DNA from: a virus
Lineage: Duplodnaviria > Caudoviricetes
Strand: one strand, 5' to 3'
Length of the DNA stretch: 58,460 nucleotides
Virus record (IMG/VR): IMGVR_UViG_3300034073_002726
Location: 1-58,460 of that record
Shown here: positions 45,462-55,545 of the stretch, one piece after another
Layout of the letters: each line of letters begins with the position of its first letter
How positions within the stretch are numbered: the stretch's first letter is position 1
The notes under the pieces: generated by a model
What the model was told of the DNA's origin: nothing
The model's database searches: none
Seen by the model: the letters and a program-made list of their open reading frames with translations, nothing else
Made by a program: the position numbers and the translations under genes

Positions 45462-45749
45462 ATGAGCTTTGAGCTACTGATGCGCGATTGCGCAGCCGAA
45501 GAAGACCGCCGCTCAAAGCGCGACGAGCTGATGCAGCGCGAAGAAGCCAGACTCGCAGCTATCGCCTTATTTGAAGCGCGCCTGGGCAATTACGCCCGCC
45601 TGCTAGACGGCCTGAGCTACCGAGACAACGACGAGCAAGTGATTGCAGCCCTGATGGACGGATGCGAGGCTGGCGTGCCTTCGTGCATTGCGGTGGTGAA
45701 GGCACTGGCAGACAAACATGGATACCACAGAGCGGAGGTTGACGAATGA
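45462..45749 (+). CDS. Hypothetical protein
   Basis: GGAG SD. Confidence 0.7.
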   Translation: MSFELLMRDCAAEEDRRSKRDELMQREEARLAAIALFEARLGNYARLLDGLSYRDNDEQVIAALMDGCEAGVPSCIAVVKALADKHGYHRAEVDE

Positions 45750-46099
45750 GCAACTCAAAACACACGCCGGGGCCGTGGACGTTGCTGCCAGAAGAGGCCG
45801 ACAAGGACTATCTGCGCATTCGTGGAACGCGGCTCGGCGGGCGCTACAAGGTCGCCAACGTTAACCACATCAGGTACGAAGGCGTGCACGCGGTTGTGCG
45901 CGAACGCGATGACGCGGAGTCCATGGCAAACGCTCGATTGATCGCTGCAGCCCCTGAGCTGCTGGAGGCTCTGAAAGGCTTGGACGAAGCGTATTGCAGA
46001 GCTGGCACACCACTGACCAGAGCAGAGCGCCACGAAGACCGCAAGCGGTTAATTGCTGCCCGTGCCGCCATCGCCAAAGCAACAGGAGACACCCTATGA
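45746..46099 (+). CDS. Phage accessory protein
   Basis: KHTPGPW...ANARLIAAAPELLEAL...ARAAIAKATG. Confidence 0.85.
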   Translation: MSNSKHTPGPWTLLPEEADKDYLRIRGTRLGGRYKVANVNHIRYEGVHAVVRERDDAESMANARLIAAAPELLEALKGLDEAYCRAGTPLTRAERHEDRKRLIAARAAIAKATGDTL

Positions 46100-46383
46100 C
46101 ACGCGCCCCCTCATACCTAGACGACAACACAAGCACCTTCGCCCGCACCTGCCCCGGCTTTGGCAAAACCGCTGCTCAGATGGCCGTGGCAATCGAGGTC
46201 TACAAGACACCAATGCACAAGCGCGCACTGTGGGCCTTCTGCCGCCACGGCTGGCTGATCGTTCCCGCAGTGCTTGCCGTGCTGGTTTTCAGCGGCTGCA
46301 CAAGCGATGTGGACACGTATGCAGCGATGCAGGCTGATCTTGCTGATGCGGTTGCGACTGCAGCGAAGGAGGCGGGGAAATGA
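46096..46383 (+). CDS. Hypothetical membrane protein
   Basis: AGGAG SD; one TM segment. Confidence 0.65.
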   Translation: MTRAPSYLDDNTSTFARTCPGFGKTAAQMAVAIEVYKTPMHKRALWAFCRHGWLIVPAVLAVLVFSGCTSDVDTYAAMQADLADAVATAAKEAGK

Positions 46384-46482
46384 AGCGGCTAAAAGATTTC
46401 GCCGCCCTGTACCGCATCTATCGCCAATGCCACAAGCCCATCGCAGCCGCTCGGTATGCGTGGGTTGTATCGGGCGGGTGAC

Positions 46483-46680
46483 ATGAACTGCCCAAGCGGA
46501 AAAGTAGTGCACACGCTGGCGACGGCCAAAGCCGCCAGCAAACGTGCCAGGCAGCGCACTGAAAAGCCACTCGCACCCTACCGCTGCGCCCATTGCGGGT
46601 TTTGGCACGTAGGGCAGAACACCGGGCTCAAACAGCCCGTCAAGACCATCCGAAACAACCACCAATTGAGGTTTTTATGA
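46483..46680 (+). CDS. Zn-ribbon small protein
   Basis: CPSGK...YRCAHCGFWHVG. Confidence 0.7.
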   Translation: MNCPSGKVVHTLATAKAASKRARQRTEKPLAPYRCAHCGFWHVGQNTGLKQPVKTIRNNHQLRFL

Positions 46681-47213
46681 TCTTTGCCACCAAAGAAAGC
46701 ACAGCGAGCCCAGAGGTCGCGGCCCTGGCGGTGCTTCGTCATTGGCTGCTGGAGTTTTTGGCCTACGACCAAATCACTGGTTCGTTTACCTGGAACACAT
46801 CCCCCGCAAAGCGCTTTCCCGTGGGCATGAAAGCGGGATCAGTCAATGACAAAGGCTACATCGTCATTCGCTGCTTCGGACGCCTGTATCACGCCCATCG
46901 TCTTGCATGGCTACTGACGCACGGGGCTTGGCCAGCTGGCGACATCGACCACATCAACGGCATCCGCACAGATAACAGGATTGCCAACCTGCGCGACGTG
47001 AGCCGCTCAGTGAACCAGCAGAACCTCAAGACGGCCCGTAGAGACAACCAGACTGGATTGCTTGGAGTCAAAAAAACGCGCTGCGGGACGTTCGAGGCGC
47101 GAATCAATCTCAACGGCCGCTACGTCCACCTTGGGACTTTCCCGGCAGCCGCCGAAGCCCACCAGGCTTACATCACCGCAAAGCGTAAACACCACGAAGG
47201 ATGCACGATATGA
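46677..47213 (+). CDS. HNH homing endonuclease with AP2-like domain
   Basis: AHRLAW...IDHINGIRTDNRIANLR...HLGTF. Confidence 0.9.
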   Translation: MIFATKESTASPEVAALAVLRHWLLEFLAYDQITGSFTWNTSPAKRFPVGMKAGSVNDKGYIVIRCFGRLYHAHRLAWLLTHGAWPAGDIDHINGIRTDNRIANLRDVSRSVNQQNLKTARRDNQTGLLGVKKTRCGTFEARINLNGRYVHLGTFPAAAEAHQAYITAKRKHHEGCTI

Positions 47214-48160
47214 GCAACGCACTTGCCACCCTCACCCGCACACTGGCCACCAAACTCGACATGGGCGACGGCGCCGACCTGATCGGCACGCTTAAGGCCA
47301 CGGCCTTCAAAGGCCAGGTGAGCGACGCGCAGATGACCGCCCTGCTGGTGGTTGCCAACCAGTACGCGCTGAACCCATGGACCAAGGAAATCTACGCCTT
47401 CCCCGACAAGAACAACGGCATCGTGCCCGTTGTGGGCGTGGACGGCTGGAGTCGGATCATCAATTCACACCCGCAGTTCGATGGCATCGAGTTTGAGCAG
47501 AACGACGAAAGCTGCACCTGCATCATCTACCGCAAAGACCGCAACCGGCCGATCAAAGTGACGGAGTGGATGGCCGAGTGCAAGCGCAATGGCATGGGTC
47601 CCTGGCAATCGCACCCGCGCCGCATGCTGCGCCACAAAGCCATGATCCAGTGTGCACGCCTGGCCTTCGGATACGGCGGTATCTATGACCAGGACGAGGC
47701 AGAGCGCATCGTAGAAGCCGCACCAGTCAAGCACATGGGCACGGTAGAGGATGCAGCCCCACAACCCGCCTACACCCCCGAGCAGTTCGCCCAGCTGCTG
47801 CCCAGCTGGCGCAAAGCCATCGCCGCAGGCAAGGCCACGGCAGACGGAGTGATCGGCAAGATCAAAACCAAGGGGACGGTGACAGCCGAGCAGGAGGCCG
47901 CCATTCGCGCGCCCATCGAGCAGCCAGCACCGCAACCCATGCAGCAGCAGGCCGAAGCCGTGACCGATGTGCAGCCCAAGGGTGAACCCGAGCCGCAGTC
48001 CATCACCGAGAAGTCAGTGGGCGACAAGCTGCACGCAGCCGCCACGCTGGACGCACTGTACGAGGCGGCCGACCTGATTGGCGAAGTCACCGATGCAGAA
48101 GGACGCGCACGCCTGACCGCCTATTTTGAAGAACGCCAGTTCGCGCTGGAAAGCGCCTGA
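47210..48160 (+). CDS. bet: Phage single-strand annealing protein Bet/RecT
   Basis: LNPWTKEIYAFP, VGVDGWSRIIN, RMLRHKAMIQCARLAFG. Confidence 0.93.
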   Translation: MSNALATLTRTLATKLDMGDGADLIGTLKATAFKGQVSDAQMTALLVVANQYALNPWTKEIYAFPDKNNGIVPVVGVDGWSRIINSHPQFDGIEFEQNDESCTCIIYRKDRNRPIKVTEWMAECKRNGMGPWQSHPRRMLRHKAMIQCARLAFGYGGIYDQDEAERIVEAAPVKHMGTVEDAAPQPAYTPEQFAQLLPSWRKAIAAGKATADGVIGKIKTKGTVTAEQEAAIRAPIEQPAPQPMQQQAEAVTDVQPKGEPEPQSITEKSVGDKLHAAATLDALYEAADLIGEVTDAEGRARLTAYFEERQFALESA

Positions 48161-48170
48161 GAGGAACAGC

Positions 48171-49946
48171 ATGTACACCCCGCTTGAAAACGCCCCCCAA
48201 GGTTCAGCCGCCTGGCTGGCCGCACGAGCCAAACACTTCTGCGCCTCGGAAGCAGCTGCAGCCCTTGGAATGTCCAAATACGCCACCCGCGACGAACTGC
48301 TGCGCCAGAAAGCCACCGGCCTGGCCGAAGAAGTCAGCCCAGCCAAGCAGCGCATCTTCGATGCCGGGCACGAAGCCGAGGCACTGGCCCGCCCAATTGC
48401 CGAGGGCATCGCTGGCACCGAGTTCTTCCCCGTAGTGGCCACGCGCGAGGTGGACGGCCTGCCACTCCTGGCCAGCTTTGACGGCATCGATGTGCTGGAC
48501 GACCTGATCTGGGAAAACAAGCTGCTGAACCAGTCGCTGGTGCAGCAAGTGCAGGCGGGCGACCTGGAGCCGCACTACTGGCTGCAGCTGGAGCACCAAT
48601 TACTGGTCAGCGGCGCATCGCGCGCCCTGTTCACCACCAGCGACGGCACGCCGGAGGGCACGCACCCACTGTGGTACGAATCCAAGCCCGAGCGCCGCGC
48701 CCAGCTGATCGCAGGCTGGAAGCAGTTTGCCGCCGACCTGGCCGCATGGGTTCCGCCCGAGGCCAAGCCCGCGCCCGTAGTTGGCAAGACCCCCGACAAC
48801 CTGCCCGCACTGCTGATCCAAGTGACCGGAGCCGTGACGGCCAGCAACCTGCCCGAATTCAAGACCCACGCGCTGGAGGTTTTCAAGGGCATCAACCGCA
48901 CCCTCACCACCGACCAGGACTTTGCCACCGCAGAGAGCACGGTGAAATGGTGCGCCGATGTGGAAAGCCGCCTGGCTGCAGCCAAGGAGCATGCCCTCAG
49001 TCAAACGGCCACCATTGACGCGCTTTTCAAGACCATTGACGACATCAGCGCCGAGGCCCGCCGCACGCGGCTGGAGCTGGACAAGCTGGTGAAGGCCCGC
49101 AAGGAAGAAATCCGCGGCGAGATCGTGGCCGGTGGCATCGCGGCGCTGCGCGAACACATCGCCCAGCTGAACGCGGCCATGCCCGCCGACTACATGCCCC
49201 AGGTGCCCGCCGACTTCGCCGGGGCCATCAAAGGGAAGCGAACGGTCGAAAGCCTGCGCAGCGCAGTGAACGACGAGCTGGCCCGAGCCAAGATCGAAGC
49301 CAGCAACATCGCCACCCGCATCCATGCCAACGTCAAGACGCTGAAGGCCAGCGGCCTGGTGGTGCCAGATGCTGCCACCCTGGTGCTGAAAGCGCCCGAC
49401 GACCTGGCCGCCATCATCGCAACCCGTAAGGCGGCCGAGCAGCAGCGCCAGGAAGCAGAGCGCGAGCGCATCCGTGCCGAAGAAGCCGCACGCGCCGACC
49501 GCGAAGCACGGGCGAAGCTGGCGGCCGAACAGCGCGCCGCCCAGGCCGAGATTGCCCAGGCCGCCCAAACCGGCATGCTGGCCGCGCCCGTGGCGGCAGA
49601 CCTGGGCACGCTGGTGCAGGAGAAGCACGCCGAAGCCGTGGCCGGGCTGGATGCACAGCAGGTGATTGGCACGGCGCAGCGCGCGGCAGCAGCAGGCCCG
49701 GCAGTGGTTCCGCTGCGCACCGCTGCGCCAGCAGAGCGCACCAGCACACCAACGCTCAAGCTGGGCACGATCAACGAACGCCTTGGCGGTGTGCTCACCA
49801 TCAGCGCAGACGGCCTGCGCAGCCTTGGCTTTGAGATCGTGGCCCGTGAACGCGGGGCATGCCTGTACCACGAAGCCGACTTCCCCCTGATGCTGGCCGC
49901 GCTGGTGCGGCACATCGAGGGTGTGCAGGCGAAAGCGGCAGCCTGA
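48171..49946 (+). CDS. YqaJ/lambda-Exo-like exonuclease with coiled-coil extension
   Basis: QGSAAWLAAR...ASEAAAALG, LASFDG, WENK, YWLQLEHQ. Confidence 0.9.
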   Translation: MYTPLENAPQGSAAWLAARAKHFCASEAAAALGMSKYATRDELLRQKATGLAEEVSPAKQRIFDAGHEAEALARPIAEGIAGTEFFPVVATREVDGLPLLASFDGIDVLDDLIWENKLLNQSLVQQVQAGDLEPHYWLQLEHQLLVSGASRALFTTSDGTPEGTHPLWYESKPERRAQLIAGWKQFAADLAAWVPPEAKPAPVVGKTPDNLPALLIQVTGAVTASNLPEFKTHALEVFKGINRTLTTDQDFATAESTVKWCADVESRLAAAKEHALSQTATIDALFKTIDDISAEARRTRLELDKLVKARKEEIRGEIVAGGIAALREHIAQLNAAMPADYMPQVPADFAGAIKGKRTVESLRSAVNDELARAKIEASNIATRIHANVKTLKASGLVVPDAATLVLKAPDDLAAIIATRKAAEQQRQEAERERIRAEEAARADREARAKLAAEQRAAQAEIAQAAQTGMLAAPVAADLGTLVQEKHAEAVAGLDAQQVIGTAQRAAAAGPAVVPLRTAAPAERTSTPTLKLGTINERLGGVLTISADGLRSLGFEIVARERGACLYHEADFPLMLAALVRHIEGVQAKAAA

Positions 49947-50118
49947 TCGGCCAGCCCTTTGACCTTGCCGCAGGGAATGCGCCACCGCTTGCGCTGCGCT
50001 GCTGTTTTGGACTACACTGCGCCTGCCCGCAAGGGTGGAGCCTGATAACTCCTTGGATAAGCGGCATAACCGCGCCCGATAGACAGCGGTTTTTTTGCGC
50101 CCGTGCGTACCAGTTTTG

Positions 50119-50208
50119 GTATGGCCGGGAGGGCGACGGCCATACAACACCCGCAAGGGCAAAACCGTCCGCCTGGCTTGTCCCAGGTTATCAGCCTCCC
50201 GGCCATGC
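50119..50208 (+). ncRNA. c4-like antisense RNA (immI/P4 CI type)
   Basis: Outer stem atggccgggagg/cctcccggccat; GTTATCAG and GCTTGTCC complementary to upstream ctgataac/ggataagc (50042-50062) and downstream ctgataac (50225); precedes the antirepressor. Confidence 0.8.
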
Positions 50209-50272
50209 CAACCGGGATCAGCGCCTGATAACGCCCCCAGTTGGTCTTTCAAGACTCGACAAGGAGCGTTTC

Positions 50273-51337
50273 ATGCCCGCATCCCAAGGCGCACCCGCGC
50301 ACGCCACATTCACCCCCGCCGCCGACCAATCCACGGTCAAACACCTGCGGCTCACGGTCATCAGCGCCACCCCACTGCACCCCCACGGCCTGCACCTGCA
50401 GGTGCGCTGCGGCGACGTGGGCTTTCCAGTCAACATCACTTCCCCAGGCGCCCCGGCCATCCGGCCCGGAGACGCACTGGTCATGGAACACCGCAAGGGC
50501 GACAACCCCTTGACCTGCCAGCCCACCGCCATCTACCCCGCCCACCAAAAGCCCGAACCCCGCAAGGAGCCCGCCGTGAACCTCGCCATTGCAACCAACG
50601 CCAAGACCATCACCATGACCAGCCTGGAGCTGGTGGACTACATCAACAGCCAGCGCGGCGAGGGCGAATCCGAACTTCGCCACGACAACTTCATGGCAAA
50701 GGTGCCAAAAGTTCTGGGCGAAGCAGCTCCTAAATTTTTAGGAACTGCTTTTTACACGAACGGAACAGGCGCGCAGGTGGAACGAACCATCTACCGCTTC
50801 CCCAAGCGCGAGGCCTGCCTGATGGCCATGTCGTACAGCTACGACCTGCAGGCCAAGGTTTTCGACCGCATGACCGCGCTGGAGCAGCAGGCCTCCCAGG
50901 GCTTCACCATCCCGCAGACCATGGGTGAGGCCCTGCGCCTGGCCGCAGACCTGGCAGAGCAGCGCGACCAGCTCGCACTGGAGAACAAAGCCCAGGCCGC
51001 AGCACTGGCAGACGCGCAGCCCAAGGTTGCAGGCTTCGACCTCATCACCGCTGGCGAGAAGTCCATCACCATCCGCGAAGCGGCAAAGCTGCTGGGCATC
51101 AAAGAAAATCGACTGACCTCCTGGCTGCATGAGCATGGATGGACATACCGGCTCAATGGCCGCTGGGTTGCCAAGCAAGAGCACATCCAAGGCGGGCGCC
51201 TCATCTACAAGGAGGCCAAGTACACCGACGAGAAAACGGGCCATGAGGTATACGCCCCCTACTGCCACATTACCCCGAAAGGGCTTTCCAAGCTGGCGCG
51301 GGTGTTTGGTAGCAGCCCGGAAGAGCTTGCCGCATAA
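50273..51337 (+). CDS. Antirepressor (Rha-like N-terminal + KilAC/AntB C-terminal), second in-frame start at 50576
   Basis: AAGGAG SD before both ATG 50273 and GTG 50576; TMTSLEL, ACLMAMSYSYDLQAKVFDRM, AQPKV...ITIREAAKLLG...ITPKGL. Confidence 0.85.
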   Translation: MPASQGAPAHATFTPAADQSTVKHLRLTVISATPLHPHGLHLQVRCGDVGFPVNITSPGAPAIRPGDALVMEHRKGDNPLTCQPTAIYPAHQKPEPRKEPAVNLAIATNAKTITMTSLELVDYINSQRGEGESELRHDNFMAKVPKVLGEAAPKFLGTAFYTNGTGAQVERTIYRFPKREACLMAMSYSYDLQAKVFDRMTALEQQASQGFTIPQTMGEALRLAADLAEQRDQLALENKAQAAALADAQPKVAGFDLITAGEKSITIREAAKLLGIKENRLTSWLHEHGWTYRLNGRWVAKQEHIQGGRLIYKEAKYTDEKTGHEVYAPYCHITPKGLSKLARVFGSSPEELAA

Positions 51338-51442
51338 CGCTATCAAATAGATAGCTGCTAGCGCTTAACCAGTAAGCGCTAGGTGACAATTTAAACAACA
51401 ACCCAAGCCCGCCACCCAGCGGGCTTTTTTATTACCCACCCC

Positions 51443-51790
51443 ATGCCAAATGGACACGCCACCCCGCCCGAGGTCATCGAGCAAATCAAAGAACTGGCAG
51501 AGCAAGGGTTTGGCCTGAGCGCCATTGCCCGGCAGTTGAACAGGCCAAAATCAACCGTTCACGTCATCCTCAAAAGGTTGCCTGGCTACAAACCCAAGCC
51601 CAAGCCGACGACCATTTCCATGGTCAACCGCAAGAAAAAAGGACTGACGCTGAAAGCCGACTCGCCCGTGGACGCCAGCCAGGCCACCGTCACACGCATT
51701 GAACTGCCCACAGATTACGGGCGCGTGTGCAATGCAGCCCAGCGTGCCCCCTACGTGCCGCGCGAATTGAACTACCGGGGGCGGGCATGA
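51443..51790 (+). CDS. HTH protein
   Basis: GFGLSAIARQLNRPKSTVHVIL. Confidence 0.75.
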   Translation: MPNGHATPPEVIEQIKELAEQGFGLSAIARQLNRPKSTVHVILKRLPGYKPKPKPTTISMVNRKKKGLTLKADSPVDASQATVTRIELPTDYGRVCNAAQRAPYVPRELNYRGRA

Positions 51791-52302
51791 GGGGGCCTTT
51801 TGCACCCCTGCCGTCTGCGCGCGAGTTGCGCCGCGCTGCCGCCCGCACCAAGCCACGAACCGCTCACAAGAGCCGCCGCGCCAGCAGCCTGATCGAGGGC
51901 GTGGTGTTCAAGATGCGTATTGCCAAAGACGTGGCCAGGCTGCGAACCGGGGCAGGCCTGCACGCTTTCATGGGGGCCGACGCCGCTGCGCTGTGCAACC
52001 TGACAGGGCGGCTGATCTACATCACAGCGTTCGCTGTGGGCAGGCAGTGGGGCGAAACCGACCGCCCTGATGCCCGAATCCTTCTTGGCGCTGCCAGTGC
52101 CCTTGGCGACCTGATGGAGCACCCAGGCGACCTGGAGCGCCACCGGGGCGCGATTCAGTCAGGGCTTGGCGCGATTGACCGGCTGATGCCGGAACTCAGT
52201 GAATGGGCGCTGGCCGAGGGCGCGCTACGCCTGGACCAGCTACTGCAAACGACCGATGGGCTCACCACCGAGCACGTCCGCGCAGCGATGAGGATGGAAT
52301 GA
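51787..52302 (+). CDS. Hypothetical protein
   Basis: ATGA coupling. Confidence 0.65.
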   Translation: MRGPFAPLPSARELRRAAARTKPRTAHKSRRASSLIEGVVFKMRIAKDVARLRTGAGLHAFMGADAAALCNLTGRLIYITAFAVGRQWGETDRPDARILLGAASALGDLMEHPGDLERHRGAIQSGLGAIDRLMPELSEWALAEGALRLDQLLQTTDGLTTEHVRAAMRME

Positions 52303-52496
52303 CCACCCGCGTGCGCAACCTGCAGCCCGGCCAGCGCTTTCGGCTCAAGCGCACCGGCGACCTGTACGATTTTTTGGGCCACAAACGAGACACCCCAGGC
52401 GGCACGCAGTACGTTGTGCGGCGCTCCGGCTTTGCCAAGCCCACAACCTTGCATCACTCCTGTCACGTTGAAATCATCAAGGACGACCCATCATGA
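52299..52496 (+). CDS. Small SH3-like hypothetical protein
   Basis: VRNLQPGQRFRL; coupled at both ends. Confidence 0.65.
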   Translation: MTTRVRNLQPGQRFRLKRTGDLYDFLGHKRDTPGGTQYVVRRSGFAKPTTLHHSCHVEIIKDDPS

Positions 52497-54025
52497 CAAA
52501 CCCCACCCCACACGGGCAAGTGCCCGAGGCGTTAATTGATCTGATCGACGCCTACGCAGAGACACGTCACCGCTGCGGCGGTATCTACAACGCCAGGACA
52601 GAGGCTGCGCGCAAGGCTGTGATCGAAGCATTGAGCGGGATGCAGGCACTCAGCGCAGCGCCACCGGCGCTGCCACCCTACCCGCCGCTACCGATGCAAT
52701 TCGCTTGCTCTGGCGTGTTCGCTGTCTACTCGGCGGATCAGATGCGCGCCTACGTTGACGCCGACCGCGCAGCCCGTGCCCCGGCAGACAGCGTGGCAGC
52801 GCCAGCGATAGGGGATGAATTGCGCGATACGCTTGTGGCCGTCAGCGCGGCAATTGCAGAGCAGGACGATCGGACTGCACAGAAGATGATTCGTGAAATT
52901 TTGGAAGCATCACCCACGCCCCAAGCAGAGCAAGCCACTACTACCGAAGCTGCTACTCCCAAAGCTGGAGTTACTACCGGAGCAGCTTTGGGAGGTGTGT
53001 ATGCGGAACTTCCGAGGGCCGGAGCAATTGGGTATGCATCCGTAGTTGATGTAGATAGCTACGTCACACGTATGACTATTGGGCCGCGTCTTCCTGGCGT
53101 CCGAGATATTGCACTCTGGACAACCGACCAGCTGCGCGACTTCGCAGACCGCACCCATGCACTGCGCATGCAAGCCGCCCCCAAGGCAGTGCCAGGGGAG
53201 CAAAACACCGTACCTGCTGAGTGGCTAGAGCAGGCGTACCGCGAAGGCTGGGCAGCGTGCCGTGACGCAGAGACTATCGGGGAAGAAGCAGAGGATTGGG
53301 CGTTTGGAAATAGCACAGCAAACAGCCGGATGATTGACGCGCAGCAGGCAGCACCCAAGCAGGAGGTGCAGGAGCCTCATGGATGGCTGTACGAATGGAC
53401 GCATAGCAGCGCAACAGGAAAGCCAGATTCGACTTACACCGCATTTACGACAGACGAGGCGCATGCGCGCAAGCACGACAACTGCCGCGCCATCTACACC
53501 GCACCCCAGCCAGCACCAGCCACCCAGCAAGCGGGGGATGTGGTCGCATATCTGGATGTTGGCGCAAGCGGTTACCTGGACTTGGGGGCCGCACTCTCGG
53601 AAGATGCTCTGCAGCAGTTGCCCAAAGGGCGGCATGCCCTGGTCATTGCTGGGACCTATGGCATTGACGGTTATGTAGCCGCACCCCAACCCTCGCCCAC
53701 CACCAAGCCAGCACCCCAGCAGGAGGTGCAGGAGCCGGTGACTTGGGAGTCCACCACACCCGGTTACATCAAGTACATCACGCAGGCCCGATACGAGAAG
53801 TTCTCGCCAGCGGTTCGGCGCTGGTACAAGCCATACAAATGTTCAAACTGTTCAGCGCCCCAGCCAGCTCCTGCGCCGCTGAGTGAGCAAGACGTTTTAG
53901 GCGGCTTGATGGCAACCCCCAACTCTGTTCTGGAAAACTGCGCAGATGCCTTTGAGGCAGGTGTTCGATTTGCAGAGCACGCCCACGGAATCACGCAGAA
54001 GGGAGGCCAGCATGGCGCTGAGTGA
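52493..54025 (+). CDS. Mosaic multi-module accessory protein
   Basis: Modules joined by repeated APQP / QEVQEP linkers; YSADQMRAY motifs. Confidence 0.75.
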   Translation: MTNPTPHGQVPEALIDLIDAYAETRHRCGGIYNARTEAARKAVIEALSGMQALSAAPPALPPYPPLPMQFACSGVFAVYSADQMRAYVDADRAARAPADSVAAPAIGDELRDTLVAVSAAIAEQDDRTAQKMIREILEASPTPQAEQATTTEAATPKAGVTTGAALGGVYAELPRAGAIGYASVVDVDSYVTRMTIGPRLPGVRDIALWTTDQLRDFADRTHALRMQAAPKAVPGEQNTVPAEWLEQAYREGWAACRDAETIGEEAEDWAFGNSTANSRMIDAQQAAPKQEVQEPHGWLYEWTHSSATGKPDSTYTAFTTDEAHARKHDNCRAIYTAPQPAPATQQAGDVVAYLDVGASGYLDLGAALSEDALQQLPKGRHALVIAGTYGIDGYVAAPQPSPTTKPAPQQEVQEPVTWESTTPGYIKYITQARYEKFSPAVRRWYKPYKCSNCSAPQPAPAPLSEQDVLGGLMATPNSVLENCADAFEAGVRFAEHAHGITQKGGQHGAE

Positions 54026-54254
54026 CGCAGACTTGCGAGGGATCGCAGCACGTCAAGAACCAAGAGTCCTTCTTCACCACGAAGTCGTCAAATTCGCTCG
54101 CGCAATCGAAGCCGAAGTGCGCAAGCAAGACGATGCGCTGATACAGCAACTGGTGGAGGCGCTGGAGTACCACCGCGCCCAAACGCGCCCGATTGAACTG
54201 GCGGACGAGGCAATCACCGCAGGCCGTGCGCGGCTGGGGAGGCCGCATGACTGA
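54012..54254 (+). CDS. Hypothetical protein
   Basis: GGGAGG SD; KFARAIEAEV. Confidence 0.65.
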   Translation: MALSDADLRGIAARQEPRVLLHHEVVKFARAIEAEVRKQDDALIQQLVEALEYHRAQTRPIELADEAITAGRARLGRPHD

Positions 54255-54699
54255 AAGCACCGTGTGGCGCGTGATGCACCCTGACGGCTCGCGCACCGTC
54301 GTGGGCCACTACCCGCTGGCCCTGGCCTACGCCAAAGGCGACAGGTCACGCATCGACGAAATCACGCTCGAACTGCACCCCGGCCCGCTGGCGCGTGAGC
54401 TGAAAGTGATGCGCGGCATGGCCTCCTGCGGCGGCGATGACGAATCCATCCAGCAGGCAGAAATCGACCTGCACCGCTTACAGCACATCGAATCCGCCGC
54501 GCTGCTGGCGCTGGGCATGCTGTGGATGACAGAGCGGCACGGCCCCAACGCGCAGGCGGCATTCCAGACGCTGCGCAATGCGCTGGGCGGCCAGGATGCG
54601 CTTCGCAGGGGCATCGAGGCGGCGATAGATGCCGGGTTCGAAGCCGACCACCCGCCGGGCGCGGACTGGTGGGCGGGGAAGAAGGAGGGCAAGCCGTGA
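54247..54699 (+). CDS. Hypothetical protein
   Basis: GGAGG SD. Confidence 0.7.
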   Translation: MTESTVWRVMHPDGSRTVVGHYPLALAYAKGDRSRIDEITLELHPGPLARELKVMRGMASCGGDDESIQQAEIDLHRLQHIESAALLALGMLWMTERHGPNAQAAFQTLRNALGGQDALRRGIEAAIDAGFEADHPPGADWWAGKKEGKP

Positions 54700-54950
54700 G
54701 CACCTACACACCACCCGACAAAATCGAAATCTATGCATCAGCGCTGCAAAGTGACATCGGCGCTGAGCGGTTTGAAGTTGTCGAGGGCGGGAAGCTGCGC
54801 AGATACTGGATAGGCACCGTGTACGGCGGAGGTGTTGCCACGGAGCGCGGCTACAAGTTCGCCACGCCAGAGAAAGCATGGCAAAACGCTTCGGATTTTG
54901 TCGAGCGATGCGCAGAGATTGTGAGCGAGCGTCGCAGGAGCACGCCATGA
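54696..54950 (+). CDS. Hypothetical protein
   Basis: AAGGAGG SD, GTGA coupling. Confidence 0.65.
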   Translation: MSTYTPPDKIEIYASALQSDIGAERFEVVEGGKLRRYWIGTVYGGGVATERGYKFATPEKAWQNASDFVERCAEIVSERRRSTP

Positions 54951-55046
54951 GCCGCCGCGCCCGCACGCGCCGCGACAAGCGAGCGCCCATCCCTGATTTT
55001 GACGATCCACAGCCCCGCATGCCGGGGCTTTTTCATTTCTGGAGCC

Positions 55047-55249
55047 ATGACCGCAATCGACTGGCCCGCAGCAGACGCGGCCTACCGGCAGCACCACACC
55101 GCCTGCCCCCAATGCCGCGCGGCAGGCACAAGCCCAAACACCCAGCAGCGCTGCCCAGAGGGGCGCAGCTCTGGGCCCAGTACAACCAGGCGGGTGATCC
55201 GCCGCATTTCACTTGGCTGAACAAACGCCAGCGAGGAAGGAAGCCATGA
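55047..55249 (+). pseudogene. Frameshifted small Cys/His protein
   Basis: MTAIDW...HHTACPQC...RCPEG continues as AQLWAQY... only if one G is added to the G-run at ~55160. Confidence 0.5.
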
Positions 55250-55545
55250 CCACCAAAGAAAAGGAAATTTTCACCACCGAAGAAGCCGCCGAAATGATGG
55301 GCTGCTCACCGTCCACCATCGAGGAGCATGCGCGCAACCGCGTGCTGCCAGGCCTGCGCATGGGCCACGAATGGCGGTTCCCCCGTGAGGCTTTCATGAA
55401 AGCCATCAACACCCTGGCCATCACCGGGGAGTTGCACCGCAAGTCAACCAGGCGTGCAGTGCAGGCCGTGGCCAACACCAAGGAGCGCAAACCCGGCCGG
55501 CGCCGGGATATACCTACGCTGCCTACATTGCACTCAGTCGGCTAG
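55246..55545 (+). CDS. xis: Excisionase (HTH_17/MerR-like)
   Basis: FTTEEAAEMMGCSPSTI...LPGLRMGHEWRF; convergent with int. Confidence 0.85.
   Translation: MTTKEKEIFTTEEAAEMMGCSPSTIEEHARNRVLPGLRMGHEWRFPREAFMKAINTLAITGELHRKSTRRAVQAVANTKERKPGRRRDIPTLPTLHSVG

Noticed and set aside
49859-50272. N-terminal extension of the antirepressor in the ORF track (492 aa)
   Set aside because: Runs through the c4 RNA and target region with no SD; real starts are more likely 50273 and 50576.
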